A stretch of 64,000 nucleotides of DNA from Mobula hypostoma (Eukaryota). This document shows, in pieces, positions 39,194 to 51,379 of the stretch. Under the pieces are notes generated by a model. It was not told the DNA's origin. It worked only from the letters and a program-made list of their open reading frames with translations, and did not search any database. Position numbers and translations under genes: made by a program. The stretch is from positions 206,214,001 through 206,278,000 of the forward strand of contig NC_086097.1 of the NCBI RefSeq assembly GCF_963921235.1, in the 5' to 3' direction. Every line of letters starts with the position of its first letter. Positions within the stretch are counted from its first letter, which is position 1.

Positions 39194-40679
39194 TATTTCA
39201 TATACTTCACTTGTATAGCTTTGTTCGAACCCAAAATTGAACACTAAGTTTTAGGAAAAATATGTTTGAAGCGTTAAATTCTGAGCAAATGTTGCATATT
39301 TAGACAATTACCTGGAATAGGTAGGTTGCCTTATGAAGAAAAGTTGAAAAGGCAAAGCTTGTAACTATTGTTTAGAGGAACAAACGGCAACTTGATTTAA
39401 ATAGGCAAGATCCTGAGGAGTCTTCTATCCAAGGAGATGGAAGAGTGGATTCCTTTTCTAGTGTAATCCAGAATTCAGGGCTGATGTTTAAAAACAAGGG
39501 GTACTCACCTGAGACAGTTTTCTCTAACAAAGGTAGAAAACTGACAGGTCTTTGTTACCTTCTTTCTAAATGGCAATGCAAATAGGATCTCCGCATACAT
39601 TAAAAACAAAGGTGGATGGATACTTAATAAACAACCTGGTGAAAGGTTACTGCAGGTCAACGGAAGCTTACCAGCAGAGTTGTATTCGGCTCCAACTGGA
39701 TCTAAAGGAAGTGTATAATGCTATGCTTCTGGCAGCAGCATGTCAGGCTCCATGAGATAGCGCATCATTACTCTCAACAATAAGCAGAAAGTAAATACAG
39801 CGGACATCAGGAACCGGAGACCCATTTCACTGCTGAACGTGGACTATAAGATTTTGTCCAATGCCATTGCCCACTGGATCAAATCTGCTCTGGGTCAGGT
39901 GACCCACCCAGACCAAACTTGTGCTGTACCAGGCAGCAAAATCTCTGACAGTTTTAAGCTCCTCAGGGCTTGGACCAAGAGGGTTTGACAGGACATGACC
40001 CACCTACATAATGGATGGGCTGTCTAAAATGTCTTTTTAAAAAAAAAACGGAGTAAGACAATACATCCAGGTACTCTACACAGATGTACTGTATGTAATG
40101 TGCAGCCCAAATTAATGGCTGGGAGACAGACAGTATCCCATCAATACTGAAGTTAGGCAGGCTGTCCATTCCCTCATCTTGTTTTTATACTGCACCGAAC
40201 CCTTTGCCAAATCCAGCAGAAAGGACAAGAGCATAAAGGGCGACACTGGTAGACAGTGGTGGAACCAAAGTCAAAACCACCCTTGATGTCATCAATGATG
40301 CACAAATGTCGTCTTCTGCTCAGATCCATGATCACAGATTCTTCAGTATCTGCAACCAGTTTGAGTTAGGATCCATGGCCAGGATCAATCACAGGATGAG
40401 CAAGGCCATGCTCTTCATTAACTGGCCAAAACCAATCACATAAATGTCCACTTCAATGTCAAGTCTGACTAACTGAAAATGCTAGGGATCTGGTTTGGAG
40501 CGGCTGAGGCAAGCACTGAGAAATGCTTGGATTAGGTTACGAAGATAAAAACAAAAATTGGGCATGTTGAAATTGGAAAGAACTTGGTTATTAGGTACAA
40601 TATACTCTCGGGGTTGGTGACGTGTCTTGTTTCCCACTCCTCTGCTTCAGTAATCACCTGGGACATCTTCCAGAATCAA

Positions 40680-42060
40680 AATCATTTTCTTGTGGGCGTT
40701 GGTGATCCCATACCAGACTGTGATGCAGCCAGTCAATATACTCTCCACTACACATCTATAGTAGTTTGTCAAAGTTTTAAATGTCATGCTGAATCTACAC
40801 AAACTCCGAAGGAAGTACTGGTGCTGCCAAGCTTTCTTCATATTGCACATGTTGGGCCCAAGACGGGTCCTCCAAAATAATAACACCAAAGAAATTAAAG
40901 TTGCTGACACTCTCTACCTTTGAGGACTGGCTCATAGACCTCTGGTTTCCTCCTCCTGAAGTCAATAATCAGTTCCTTAGGTCGTTGTTATGACACTCTT
41001 CAGCCAGATTTTCAAACTCAGTCCAATACGCTGATTTATCACCACCTTTGATACAGCCTGACAGTGGTGCTGTCAGCAAACTTGAATAAGGCACTGGAGC
41101 TTTGCTCAACCACACAGGCATAAGTGTAAATTGAGTAGAACAGGGGCTAAACACATAGCCTTGTGGTGTACCTACTCTGATGGAGACCATTGAGATGTTG
41201 TTGCCAATCCAGACTGACTGGGTCTGCAAGTGAAGAAATTGAGGATCCAAATACACAAGGGGATATTGAGGCCAAGGTCTTGGAGCTTATTGATTAGTTT
41301 TGAGGGAATGATGGTATTGAATGCTGAGCTGTAATCGATAAAGAACATCCTGATGCATGCATCTTTCCCATCCAAATGTTCCAGGGTGAAGGCTGATTTA
41401 TACTTGTGCGTCAACTCGACGCCGTAGGTACAGCATCGCCGCGAACCCTACGCAGAGCCTACGCGGGAGCCTACGCCATAGCCTGACGTGCACCTCTCCC
41501 AAAATGTAACTGCGCGTCGCAGCAATGCAGACCACAACAAACTGATTGTTCTGCTTGGTAGCATCGCATTTCCTCCTACGCTGCAATAGCTTCCCATTGG
41601 GCGATTGAAGGGCAGGGAAGGAACTCTGGCTGCAATGCTTTCTATAAAGCTTTACGGACCTCTGAAATTATGGAGGACACATTTCGTTTTTATGAAAAAA
41701 GACGCTCGTTTTAAACTTGTTTACCCTGATAAAGACTACCATGACCATGAAGCCTTGCGCGGGCAGGTATGTGCACATGCGCAACGTGCGCGAATTGCCG
41801 AGTGACGCAGACACACCAATGCACAAGTATAAATGCTTAAAACGCACGTAGGTCACTTGCATAGGTTACGGCGTCGAGTTGACACAGAAGTATAAATCAG
41901 CCTTGAGTGAAGAGCCAATGAAATGGCATCTCCAATAGACAAACTGAAGCAGATCTAAGTCACTTCTCAGGCAGGAGTTGTTACGTTTCATCTCAAAACA
42001 ATTCAGTGTGGATGTAAGTGCTACTGGGCAATAGTTATTGAGGCAGGTCACCATTACTGT
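40680..42060 (-). mobile_element. Rex/Babar-type LINE fragment inside the Tx1
   Basis: [41 protein letters not shown]. Confidence 0.82.
41390..41903. mobile_element. PIF/Harbinger-type MITE, 514 bp
   Basis: About 37-bp TIR AGGCTGATTTATACTTGTGCGTCAACTCGACGCCGTA; 3-bp TSD TGA (41387-89, 41904-06); CpG-rich. Confidence 0.85.
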
Positions 42061-42954
42061 ACAACAGCCCAGTAAGATAGACATTGCTGCACTACCTGTT
42101 CTTTGTGAAAGCATACTTGTAAAGAAACACTTTTAAACACATATGTCAGGCAAAGGTCAGCGCAGAATGCCCTACAGATATTGTAGGACTGTTCAAAACA
42201 TCTGGCAGAATGCCTTATTGCCAGATCTAATCAACAAGCATCACTTAGCCGGTGCTGAAAGGGACCATCAGAGTCAGATTCTTCCTGTATAGATGACATA
42301 TCTTTCCCAATTCAGGCAGTCTTCACAACGACTGCTATGGGGATGATATAGCCACCCACCTCTTTGCAGACAGTGGACTTGTAATGATGGGTGGAGATGG
42401 ATGAATGGGCCATGTCCTGGTCCCCCAGCAGCTTCCATCCCCATCCCCTGTGTAACAGGACTCTGATCTACAGGCTCTTCTCGGGGATACATAACAAGTG
42501 TTACTAGCAAGTGATTAATTCAGCAAAAGATGCCATAGATTCTACTAGCACAGTGAGATTACAGCAGACTAGCACATTCCAGGTTGCAGGAGTACATACT
42601 GAGCGATGAACTGAAACTCAGCATAGCCAATGCCAAGTCTCTAAAGGGAAGCACCACAATCTAGGCTCCTTCCACTACCAAACACAGAGGAACAGAGTTT
42701 GGGTTGCCTCAACAACAATCACTCCTTGAACAATGAAAAGGGAGCATCCCTCCTGAGGGCTACATAACTGGCATAATTATTGGATTTTTAAAAAAATGTT
42801 TACTCTACTGAATGTAACTGTCATGAATGGAAAAGCTTCTTGCAGGGCTTTCTTCTTTCGTATTTACTTTTTCTGAAAAAAAGTTTATACATTTGAAATA
42901 GATTGGAGTGAAAAACTGAGGTTTCAATCAAATTAGCAATGATTTTACTAAATA

Positions 42955-43230
42955 ATAAATGAGGAGGAACTTCCTTAGCCAGATTGTGATGAATCTGTGG
43001 AATTCATTGCCACAGACAGCTGTGGAGTCCAAGTCATTGGGTACATTTAAAGCTGAGATTGATAGAGATAGGGAGAATGTAGGAAAATACCGTTGAGAGA
43101 GATTATCAGTCATGATAGAATGGCAGAGCAGACTCGATGGGCCAAATGGCCTAATGCTGCTTCAATGTCAGGTTTGAGGGGCTGAGTAGCCTACTCCTGA
43201 CAATGATTCACCTGTTCGCATGTAACTTAA
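42955..43230 (+). mobile_element. CR1 3' fragment(s)
   Basis: MRRNFLSQIVMNLWNSLP remnant and CR1 3'UTR. Confidence 0.75.
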
Positions 43231-44614
43231 TTTCTATTCATTTAGAATGTTGACTTACTTTTCAAAAAAGTTGAGGATCTGAATATAGTAGATGCCTCTC
43301 AAAGTCAATGCTACATCCCCATTGTGAAAGGTGGAAACGAGTGAGGCCGGCCAATGGAGCTCTGGTGAAGCTGAATAGGCCAATCCTCTGTACAGTGGAT
43401 GCAATGGATTGGAGAAGTGTTGACAAAATCCAACCATATCATTAACTTTAGAGGTCACTGGAGACAAGAGGTCATTGATGGCCTACGCTCCAGTTCAGAG
43501 CTAAGGGCCCAAATAAGTAAGATATAGTAGTCACTGAAAAACTATACTGTATAGTAGATGAATGAAAACAAGAGAACAATCTTAAAGTCTATCTAATTAG
43601 AAGTAAAATTGGAAAGTACTTTTATCTGTATCAAGGAATAGAAGTACATAGAAAATCAATAGAATACATGTTAAAAATGGCTCTATTAAGTAATGATCTA
43701 CAATTATACATCACCTTTAAAATAACAATAGTCTGAAAGCATTCCAGTAATGCTTAAACAAAATTTGACACTATTTCATGTAATGAGAAGCATGAAGTGG
43801 TGAAAACTGCATGGTCAAAATAAAAAAAAATGCACATAAGGTTTCTGTACTTTTAAAGAGAAGGATCCCAAGGAGTTTAGGAGACAATCTAAAATAAAGC
43901 TCAGTAGATATTCAAGTATATAGTTACCAATTTTCAAGAATTAACATTCAGGAAGACAGAATTGGGCAATGCAAAGAAGGTAGAAGCATTTTTCAGAAAT
44001 AGACAAGTGAAAGCTCTGAGGGTATTTGAAAATAAGCATGGAATATCTAAAACCAATGTATCACCAGGTTAATCTTGGACAGTAGACTGAAATGGATAAA
44101 CAAAATGGGATACAAATACTATTTCAGATGATAGTTAGGGAAAGTTCAGGTAGAATACAAACAATGGATCAAAAATAACAAAGATAATGGCTTTATTTCT
44201 TTGGTTAATGAATTTCAAAAACCTACTAAAAAGTAATAACAAGTTAAAGGCTACAAAGTAATCAAGAACTGTTCGTGAAATAGGAATGAGCAGCCTCAGC
44301 ATACATGTAGAACCAGGTAGGATTTTAAGATGGTATTGCAAAACAGCACATTATACAGGAAGTTGTGCAAAATGTGCCAATGCAAATATTCCAGACTGAA
44401 ATCAATAGATTTTTTTTGAAGTTATTACAAAATATTATAAGAACGAGTGATCCAGAACTATAAAAGGCAACTAGGTATGACTACAGAAGGCTATTTTCAA
44501 GTTTACAAAAAAAAATTCTGATTGAGGTTAGAAGCAGAATTGGATGCAAGTCAGCATTGACAGGGTTTGCAAGCTATTACTTCCAACAAACCAAAACCTA
44601 TCATGGATGGATGT

Positions 44615-45020
44615 ACAAACATGAGAAAATCTGTAGATGCTGGTGTCCTTCCTTCACCATTCACCCATTCCTGTTTCCATCTCTTATCTCACCTCCTTAC
44701 CTACCCATCATCCCCCTTGGGTGTTCCTCCCACTTCCCTTTCTTCCATGGTCTTCTACCTTCTAGCAGATTTCCCCCTTCTCCAGCCCTTTATCTCTTTC
44801 ATCAATCAACATCCCAACTCTTTATTTCACCCCTCCCCCTCTCCTGGTTTCACCCATCATCTACTGCCTTGTACTTCTTCCTCACTTCCCCCTTCTTGCT
44901 CTGATTTCTCATCTTTTATTTCAGTCCTGATGAAGGGTCTCAGACCGGAACCTTGACTGTTTACACTTTTCATCAGAGCAAGTGCCTAGCCTGCTGAGTT
45001 CCTCCAGCATTTTGTGTGAT
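44615..45020 (+). repeat. Penelope-type 3' end (pyrimidine-rich tract + decayed hammerhead)
   Basis: CT-rich tract followed by CAGTC-CTGATGA-AGGGTCTCAGACC-GGAA-CCTT-GACTG and the shared GAGTTCCTCCAGCATTTTGTG tail. Confidence 0.7.
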
Positions 45021-45430
45021 CATGAATGGCTGTGATGCTTCACTTCCAGATGAGCTCAATGCCTTTTATGCACGCTTTGAAAGGGAGAGTAAAACTACAC
45101 CTGTGTGAATCCTTGCAGCATCTCATGATGCTGGGATGTCTGTCTCAGAAGGCAACATCAGACCGTCTCTCAAGAGTGTAAACCCTCACAAGGCATCAGG
45201 CCTTGATGGTGTACCTGGTAGGACTCTGAAAACCTGTGTCAACCGACTGATGGGAGCGTTCAAGGACATCTTAAATGTCTCAATGCTGTAATCGTAGGTT
45301 CCCACCTGCTTCAAAAGGACAACTATCATACCAGTGCCCAAAAAGACCAGCATATCACCCAGTGGCACTCACATGTACTGTGATAAAGTGTTTTGAGAGA
45401 CTGGTCATGGCTAGAACCAACTCCTGCTGA
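45021..45430 (+). mobile_element. Rex/Babar-type ORF fragment
   Basis: DASLPDELNAFYARFE...VNPHKASGLDGVPGRTLK, homologous to 17970-17600. Confidence 0.8.
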
Positions 45431-45939
45431 AGCTCAACTTAAACATTTCTATGTAGAATGTTTAAGTTATCGGCCTTTGTAGGAAACAGAATTTTGTCCA
45501 TTTCTGTTACATTCTGTCCAGATTTTTAGCAAATAAAGACATGAATTAAGCTATAAATTTGGGCTCCAGTTATCAAATACCATATAAACAACACTTCAAA
45601 ACTCCTTGAGGTGTTAGAGGAGAAGTTAAAGTAAAACATTTAGAAGTGTAGTTATACAATGTTCACTAAACGGTTGACAGTGGTGTGCAAGATCAAAATA
45701 CTTGCCCTTTCAATTTGTCTACCAAGAGGCTATTTGTAATTAGAACTCTTCAAAGATGTAAAATTATGAAAAAAAATAACATAATAAACAGAAGTGTACT
45801 GCAGAGTTCATCTAAAGATGTCCAAAAAATTTATGAATGAACGTAATTTTCCAACCCCAATATCAATATCCTTTCTGTACAGTCATTCCCACGTACTTTC
45901 TTCAGTCACTCCATTTAAAGGAAAAAACAACAGTTTAAT

Positions 45940-46095
45940 AAACACAAGTACTGGAAGAACTCATCAGGTCAGGCAGCATCAATGAAGAAAAAGTGTCAAT
46001 GTTTCCTGATGAAGGGTTTCAGTGCAAAATAGTGACTCTTTATTCCTCTTCATAGATGCTGCCTTACCTGCTTAGTTCCTCCAGCATTTTGTATA
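45940..46095. repeat. Inverted pair of Penelope-type terminal repeat fragments
   Basis: CTGGAAGAACTCATCAGGTCAGGCAGCATC is mirrored by GATGCTGCCTTACCTGCTTAGTTCCTCCAG, with CCTGATGAAGGG at the junction. Confidence 0.7.
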
Positions 46096-47379
46096 TTTCA
46101 ACCTCGTCAAATCTTGAGTTCTTCAGAACACACTGAAAACATGATCGTGTAAATAGGTGCAATACTCCCCTCCTGGGAAAAAAAATAGTAGTTATCTTTA
46201 AAAGAACAAATCCTCATTTTTCAAGGCATCAGATGCAAACATATTAACTACTTTTGTTTCCTCCTTCTTTCATTCTACCTATATAAAAGATACTGATGCA
46301 CAGAAGCAACTTATTCCAAATAAAGGTGCAAAATAAATAAATGCTACATTACTGGAGAAATTCCTCCAGTATACAACTATGGGCCAGTGTTCTAAATATA
46401 GAGGCATCTCGGATAAAGGGCTTGTTTTTCCCCCTAGAGTAATCAGTACACTGTTTACCTTCTGTAGTACAGAACAGTAGGAATTCTCCAATATGCATGC
46501 CATGCAGGAAAACTTCATGATGGAAACTCACATAAAAAGATATTTGATATTTATTTTTCTTGTCACTGGATGGGCAGAACTCAGGACTTGGCTCATTTTC
46601 TATTACTATGCGCAGTCATTCTTCTTGGAAATGTGGACAGTGATTTATTGGCAAACTGTTCGACTGAAGGTGCCACTTTGCAAATAAATACAATGCAGAA
46701 TTACCAGCAGGTCACTGAATAACAACTGAATTTTAAGTTTAAAAAAATCTTCACTGGCACTTCAGAGCTCGCACGATGAAATGAACTAAATTAAGTATTT
46801 CACACTAGATGATGTTTACCCAAGTCAACGGCATTTTTGGTGCCCTGCTGATTATAAAACAGCATTTAAAAATTACGTCAGCATTCGGGCTGGACTGCCA
46901 TGTCACATATTTTCAACAACATGTAAACATATCTTCCACACGCTTGGGTTTTAAAAAAGTATCGTGTGTTTTAACTTGAGGAATAAAGAACGCAAAACTC
47001 TTAAATAAGATTTGCGATTAACAATAACATTATCGTCTTCAGTACGTAGAAGAATTAGGGACCTAAATGAAAATAATACTTGGGGAAGGAAAAAAGAAAT
47101 ATCCCTATCGTAAGTCCTACTCCGACGTTGGCCAATAACACAGTGACAAGAAAATTCTACACGTTCTTGCTGTAATAACAAAATAAACAGAACGCAGTCG
47201 TCAAAACTTTTCATCGAATGCACACAAGTCCCTTTAAAGTTTAAAGGGCGCCAGCCACTTTTGCGATCCCTGCTACTTCGATTCAACTAATCGTTTTAAG
47301 GAAGGTCGAGACTAAAACGTTACAAAAAGTATCGACCACAACAGTAGCAAGAATGTTTTAGCCTGTACACCTCGAGCAA

Positions 47380-48200
47380 AGTGCCAAATCTTAACACCGC
47401 AGCCAGACAAGATCAAACACAACAAAAAAAACCAGCTGGTCACGGAATGGCAACACAAAAGAGGAAGCGCTGTGTGCAGAGCTCACTGGCTTCTCAGACA
47501 TCCTGCCGCGACTCAAGACAAAAGAAGCCGGCTTTAGCTGCGGTAGGCGGTAACGACAAGTCCGGCCGCCACTTCGGTGCTCCTTACTACCGAGAGTGTA
47601 TGTGCGTGTTGGGGGGCTGCCAGCGGCGGACCTTTCCGGTACTAGGCCACCAGCTGCCGTCCACGGTGGGAACCAACGATACCATCCCCTTATTGGAAGT
47701 GAAGGGACGGGGGTGGGGGGAGAGAGCGCAGAAAGAGATGGGGGGGGGTTGTAGTCGAACCGGGGATCGGCGTCGCCAACGCAGTGAAAGCAGGGCGGAT
47801 GACCAGAGCTGCCCTGGAGAGCAAACACGGCGTAGCTCACTGACGCAGCCTGCCTTTCCTTCTTTCCCACTGTCTTTCGTCCACCCCCCACTCAATCCGC
47901 CCGCCATCCTCGCTCAACGCACTAACCGCTCGCTGGGTCGCTCTTACCGAACCAGGCCGCTCTTGAACAGCTGAGGATGTAAACACTGCGTCACATGACG
48001 GCCACCGGAGCTCCGCCCCTTTACCCTGCGCTGTACGGGTCGCTCTGCCCCGCACGGCACGGGCACAGCACGCTCACGCTCAAGCTCCGCCCCCTCTACC
48101 CGGCTGCCGCTGCGTCCCCCCTGCACCTCTTCACTTGTACCGGATGGTTGGGGTTACGGCGGCCTTTCACACCAGTAGCACTACAGGAATAAATTGCACC
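47380..48200 (-). promoter_or_regulatory. PCMTD1: CpG-island promoter of PCMTD1
   Basis: The only long GC/CpG-rich non-repeat stretch, 19 kb upstream of the coding exon in the right orientation. GC boxes AGCTCCGCCCC at 48009-19 and 48083-93, GTCACATGAC at 47990-99, TGTAAACA at 47978-85. Confidence 0.8.
47948..48000 (-). other. PCMTD1: Probable non-coding exon 1 of PCMTD1 (5' boundary approximate)
   Basis: Strong donor TCG|GTAAGA (GT at 47947-46) just downstream of the GC boxes. Confidence 0.55.
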
Positions 48201-48892
48201 TCTTTACCTGCTGCTTGGACCGGCACTAACTCTCAAGGCCGGAGAACTACAGGTTAAAGATCTGCCCCTTTACTGAGTACTGCATGATTTGGCTGTGCCT
48301 TTTGCAACTTTGGACTAGCTGAAATATGTTCTATGATTTACCTGGCACAGGCCTTCATGCACACCCTCCCTCCTCCCGACACAGCACATGTATTGCATTA
48401 GATATGATCCAGTCTTTTCCCAGCAGTCCATGGGCTGACCCTTTGCAGAAATAATAACTTTTTCTTACCAAGCACTGTGTCTCTTGGATCTCTTCCTCAT
48501 CAGCATGTAAGTCCATGAATCACCTAGCCTCCCCTCCAAACCTACTTCTACCTCCCCTCCCTCCAATCCCACCTTTACCTAGCACTGCATGCGTTTATTT
48601 TGCCCTCCACTGTACTGGCACGGCATGAAAAAGTCCTTTGCCTTCCCTGAGTATTAATAAACTCCATCTCTTTCCAGGGCTAAATGCTGCCCTTATAGAC
48701 TGCACTGCTTTTCCAAATGCTGGACAGAATCAGTCTGCTCAATACTGCAACAGCAATTTTCAAAGAAGTTCTGCCTCTTTCATGGCACTGCAGGGTAATA
48801 CTCTGGCCTCACAATAGTGGCACTGCAGAAATTATGTCTTGTCTTTTTCCCAACACTGCAGTAATAAATAAGCACTGGCCCCTTACCAATTA

Positions 48893-49770
48893 AAAGTCAA
48901 AGAAAAATTTATTATCAAAATACATATATATCATTGTATAATACCCTGAGATTCAGTTTTTGTGGGCATTCACAGTAAATACAAAGAAACAATAAATTAA
49001 AGGAAAAACTGCACACAACAAAGATGGATAAACAGTTAACGTACAAATACAAAACAGAAAATAAATAAATAAATACATACATACATACATACATAGATAA
49101 ATATTGTGACCGTGAGTTATAGAGTCCTTGAAATTGGGCCATAGGTTGTGGAATCAGTTCAGCAGTGGGGTGGGTGAAGTTATCCACTCTAGTGCAGGAG
49201 CCTCATGTTTGAGTGCTAAAAACTGTTCCTAAACCTGGTAGTGCAGGACCTAAGTGAGTACCTCATTTCTTGACGGCAGCAGCAAGTAGGGAGCATGGCT
49301 TGGATGGTGATGGATGATGGTGCTTGATGATGGATGCTTCTTTCTTGTAGCAGTGCACCTTGTAGATGTTTTCAATGGTGGGAAGGGCTTTGCCTGTAAT
49401 GGACTGGACTGTGTCCATTCCTTTTTGTAGGCTTTTCCATTCAAGAAAACTGGTGTTTCTGTACCAGGCCATGATGCATCCAGTCAGTATACTCTCCACC
49501 ATGCATCTATAGAAGTTTACAGTGTTTTAAATGACATGCAAAATCTTCGCACACTTCTAAGAAATTAGAGGTGCTGCTGTGCTTTCTTCGTAATGGCACT
49601 TACATGCTGGTTCCATGGTAGATCCTCCGAAAAGATAACACCGAGGAATTTAAAGTTACTGACCCTCTCTACCTGATGAGGAGAGCCTCTTGGACCTCCA
49701 GCTTCCCCCTCCTGTAGTCAATAATCAGCTCTTTGGTTTTGCTGGCATTGAGTGAGAGGCTGTTATCGGC
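48893..49770 (-). mobile_element. Rex/Babar-type LINE 3' part
   Basis: MVESILTGCIMAWY remnant; tail GATAATAAATTTTTCTTTGAC; (ATAC)n in the 3'UTR. Confidence 0.8.
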
Positions 49771-50220
49771 TTTGTTACTGACTTTGTCCTTACTCATGTG
49801 ACGCATTTTTATCTCCAGCCCATTACTCAGAGCTTTGGGCAGACTGGCCTATCAAAGCAATATCAATGCATAAGAAATGATCCCCCTTTTCCCAACATGT
49901 GGCAAACCAGTTCTTTTCATCTCAACATTGATACTGCATGAATTGGGCTTTCCCATTTCCCCTGCACTGCACAGACAGTCTCTGCTTCTCACAGCATCAG
50001 TAGAACTTGAGTAATCCCTCCGCCATTCTTGATGTTGCATGAGCCAGCCCTCACAGGATTGCCACTTTAATTGGCATTGCATGAGTCAACTGTGCCCTTC
50101 AGAGCATGGAGAAAGAACAAACAAGTCCTTCTCAGTGAACTTTCACACACACCCCCTACACTTACCTTTCCTTACACATTACAAATCAACTCTGCCTTTC
50201 AGGCAACAATCCTGTAAATA

Positions 50221-51297
50221 CAGTGGAGCAAGAAGGTTTGTGAACCCTTTAGAATTGTTTCCATTTCTCCATGAATATGACCTAAAATGTGATCAGTTCT
50301 TCACATAAGTCCTAAAATTAGATAAAGAGAACCCAATTAAATAAATAAATAAATAACAGGAAAAATTATACTTGTTCATTTACTTAATTGAGAAAAATGA
50401 TCCTGGAAAAAATATGTGAAACTTTGCTTTCAGTGAACAGTGTGACCTTCTTGTACAGCAGTAACTTCAACCAAATGTCCACAGAAGATTGTCCCAGAAG
50501 TGTTGTGGGACATCCGGGTAGTCTTGGCAAACTTGAGATGTGCAGCAATGTTTTTTTTTGGAGAACAGTGGTTTCCTCCAGGGTGTCCTTCCAGGAACAC
50601 CATTCTTGTTCAGTGCTTTCCTTATAATGGACACATGAACAGAGACTTTAGCAGGTTCTAGAGATTTCTGCAGGTCTTATGCTGTTACCCTCGGGTTCTT
50701 TTTTACCTCTTTCAGCATTGCACATTGTGCTCTTGGTGTGATCTTTGCAGGATGCCCACTCCTAGAGGGAGTAGCAACAGTACTGTATTTCCTCCATTCA
50801 GAGAAAATTTATCTTACTGTGGGCTGATGAACACTCAGATCTTTAGAAATGCCTTTTCCAGCTTAATGCATCTCTACATTTCTTCTTCTAAGGACCTCTG
50901 AAAGTTGTTTTGATTGAGGAATGGTGCACATAAAGAATATTTTTGAGGAGTGCAGGCTCTGTCAGTCACCTGGCTTGTGTGTCTTTTTTTAAAGGGCAGA
51001 GCACCTCTACAACTCACACCTCCAATCTCAACACGTTGATTGGAACACCTGACTCCAAATAGCTTTTGTAGATGACATTACCCCAGAGGTTCACCTACTT
51101 TTTTGAATCTAGATGGTGATTGTTTAAATGGTGTACTCAGTAATGATGAGAAGTAAAATTGTTTGTGTGCTATTAGTTTAGGCAGATTGTGTTTGTCTAT
51201 TATTGTGACTTAGATGACGATCAGACCACATTTCATGAGTAATTAATGCAGAAAACCAGGTAACTGCAAAGGGTTCACAAACTTTTTCTTGCAACTG
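50221..51297 (-). mobile_element. Tc1-like element, internal-deletion copy of the 5903-7499 family
   Basis: TA|CAGTGGAGCAAGAAGGTTTGTGAACCCTTT ... AAAGGGTTCACAAACTTTTTCTTGCAACTG|TA. Colinear with the first copy but lacks about 500 bp near 50474. Confidence 0.92.
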
Positions 51298-51379
51298 TAG
51301 AAGCATGGAAACCAGTCCTTCAGATTTACTCTATCACTCAAATAATTGTAGCTGATCATCAGTCTCAATACCATACTCA

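Larger units (their letters stand above)
39750..42900 (+). mobile_element. Decayed Tx1 (L1-Tx1 clade) LINE with nested inserts
   Basis: IRNRRPISLLNVDYKILSNAIAHWIKSALGQVTHPDQTCAVPGSKISD RT motif; ORF2 end LKLSIANAKSLKGSTTI* at about 42664. Confidence 0.8.

Noticed and set aside
47381..48192. Several 60-197 aa ORFs on both strands
   Set aside because: Expected by-product of a GC-rich CpG island; no recognisable domains.
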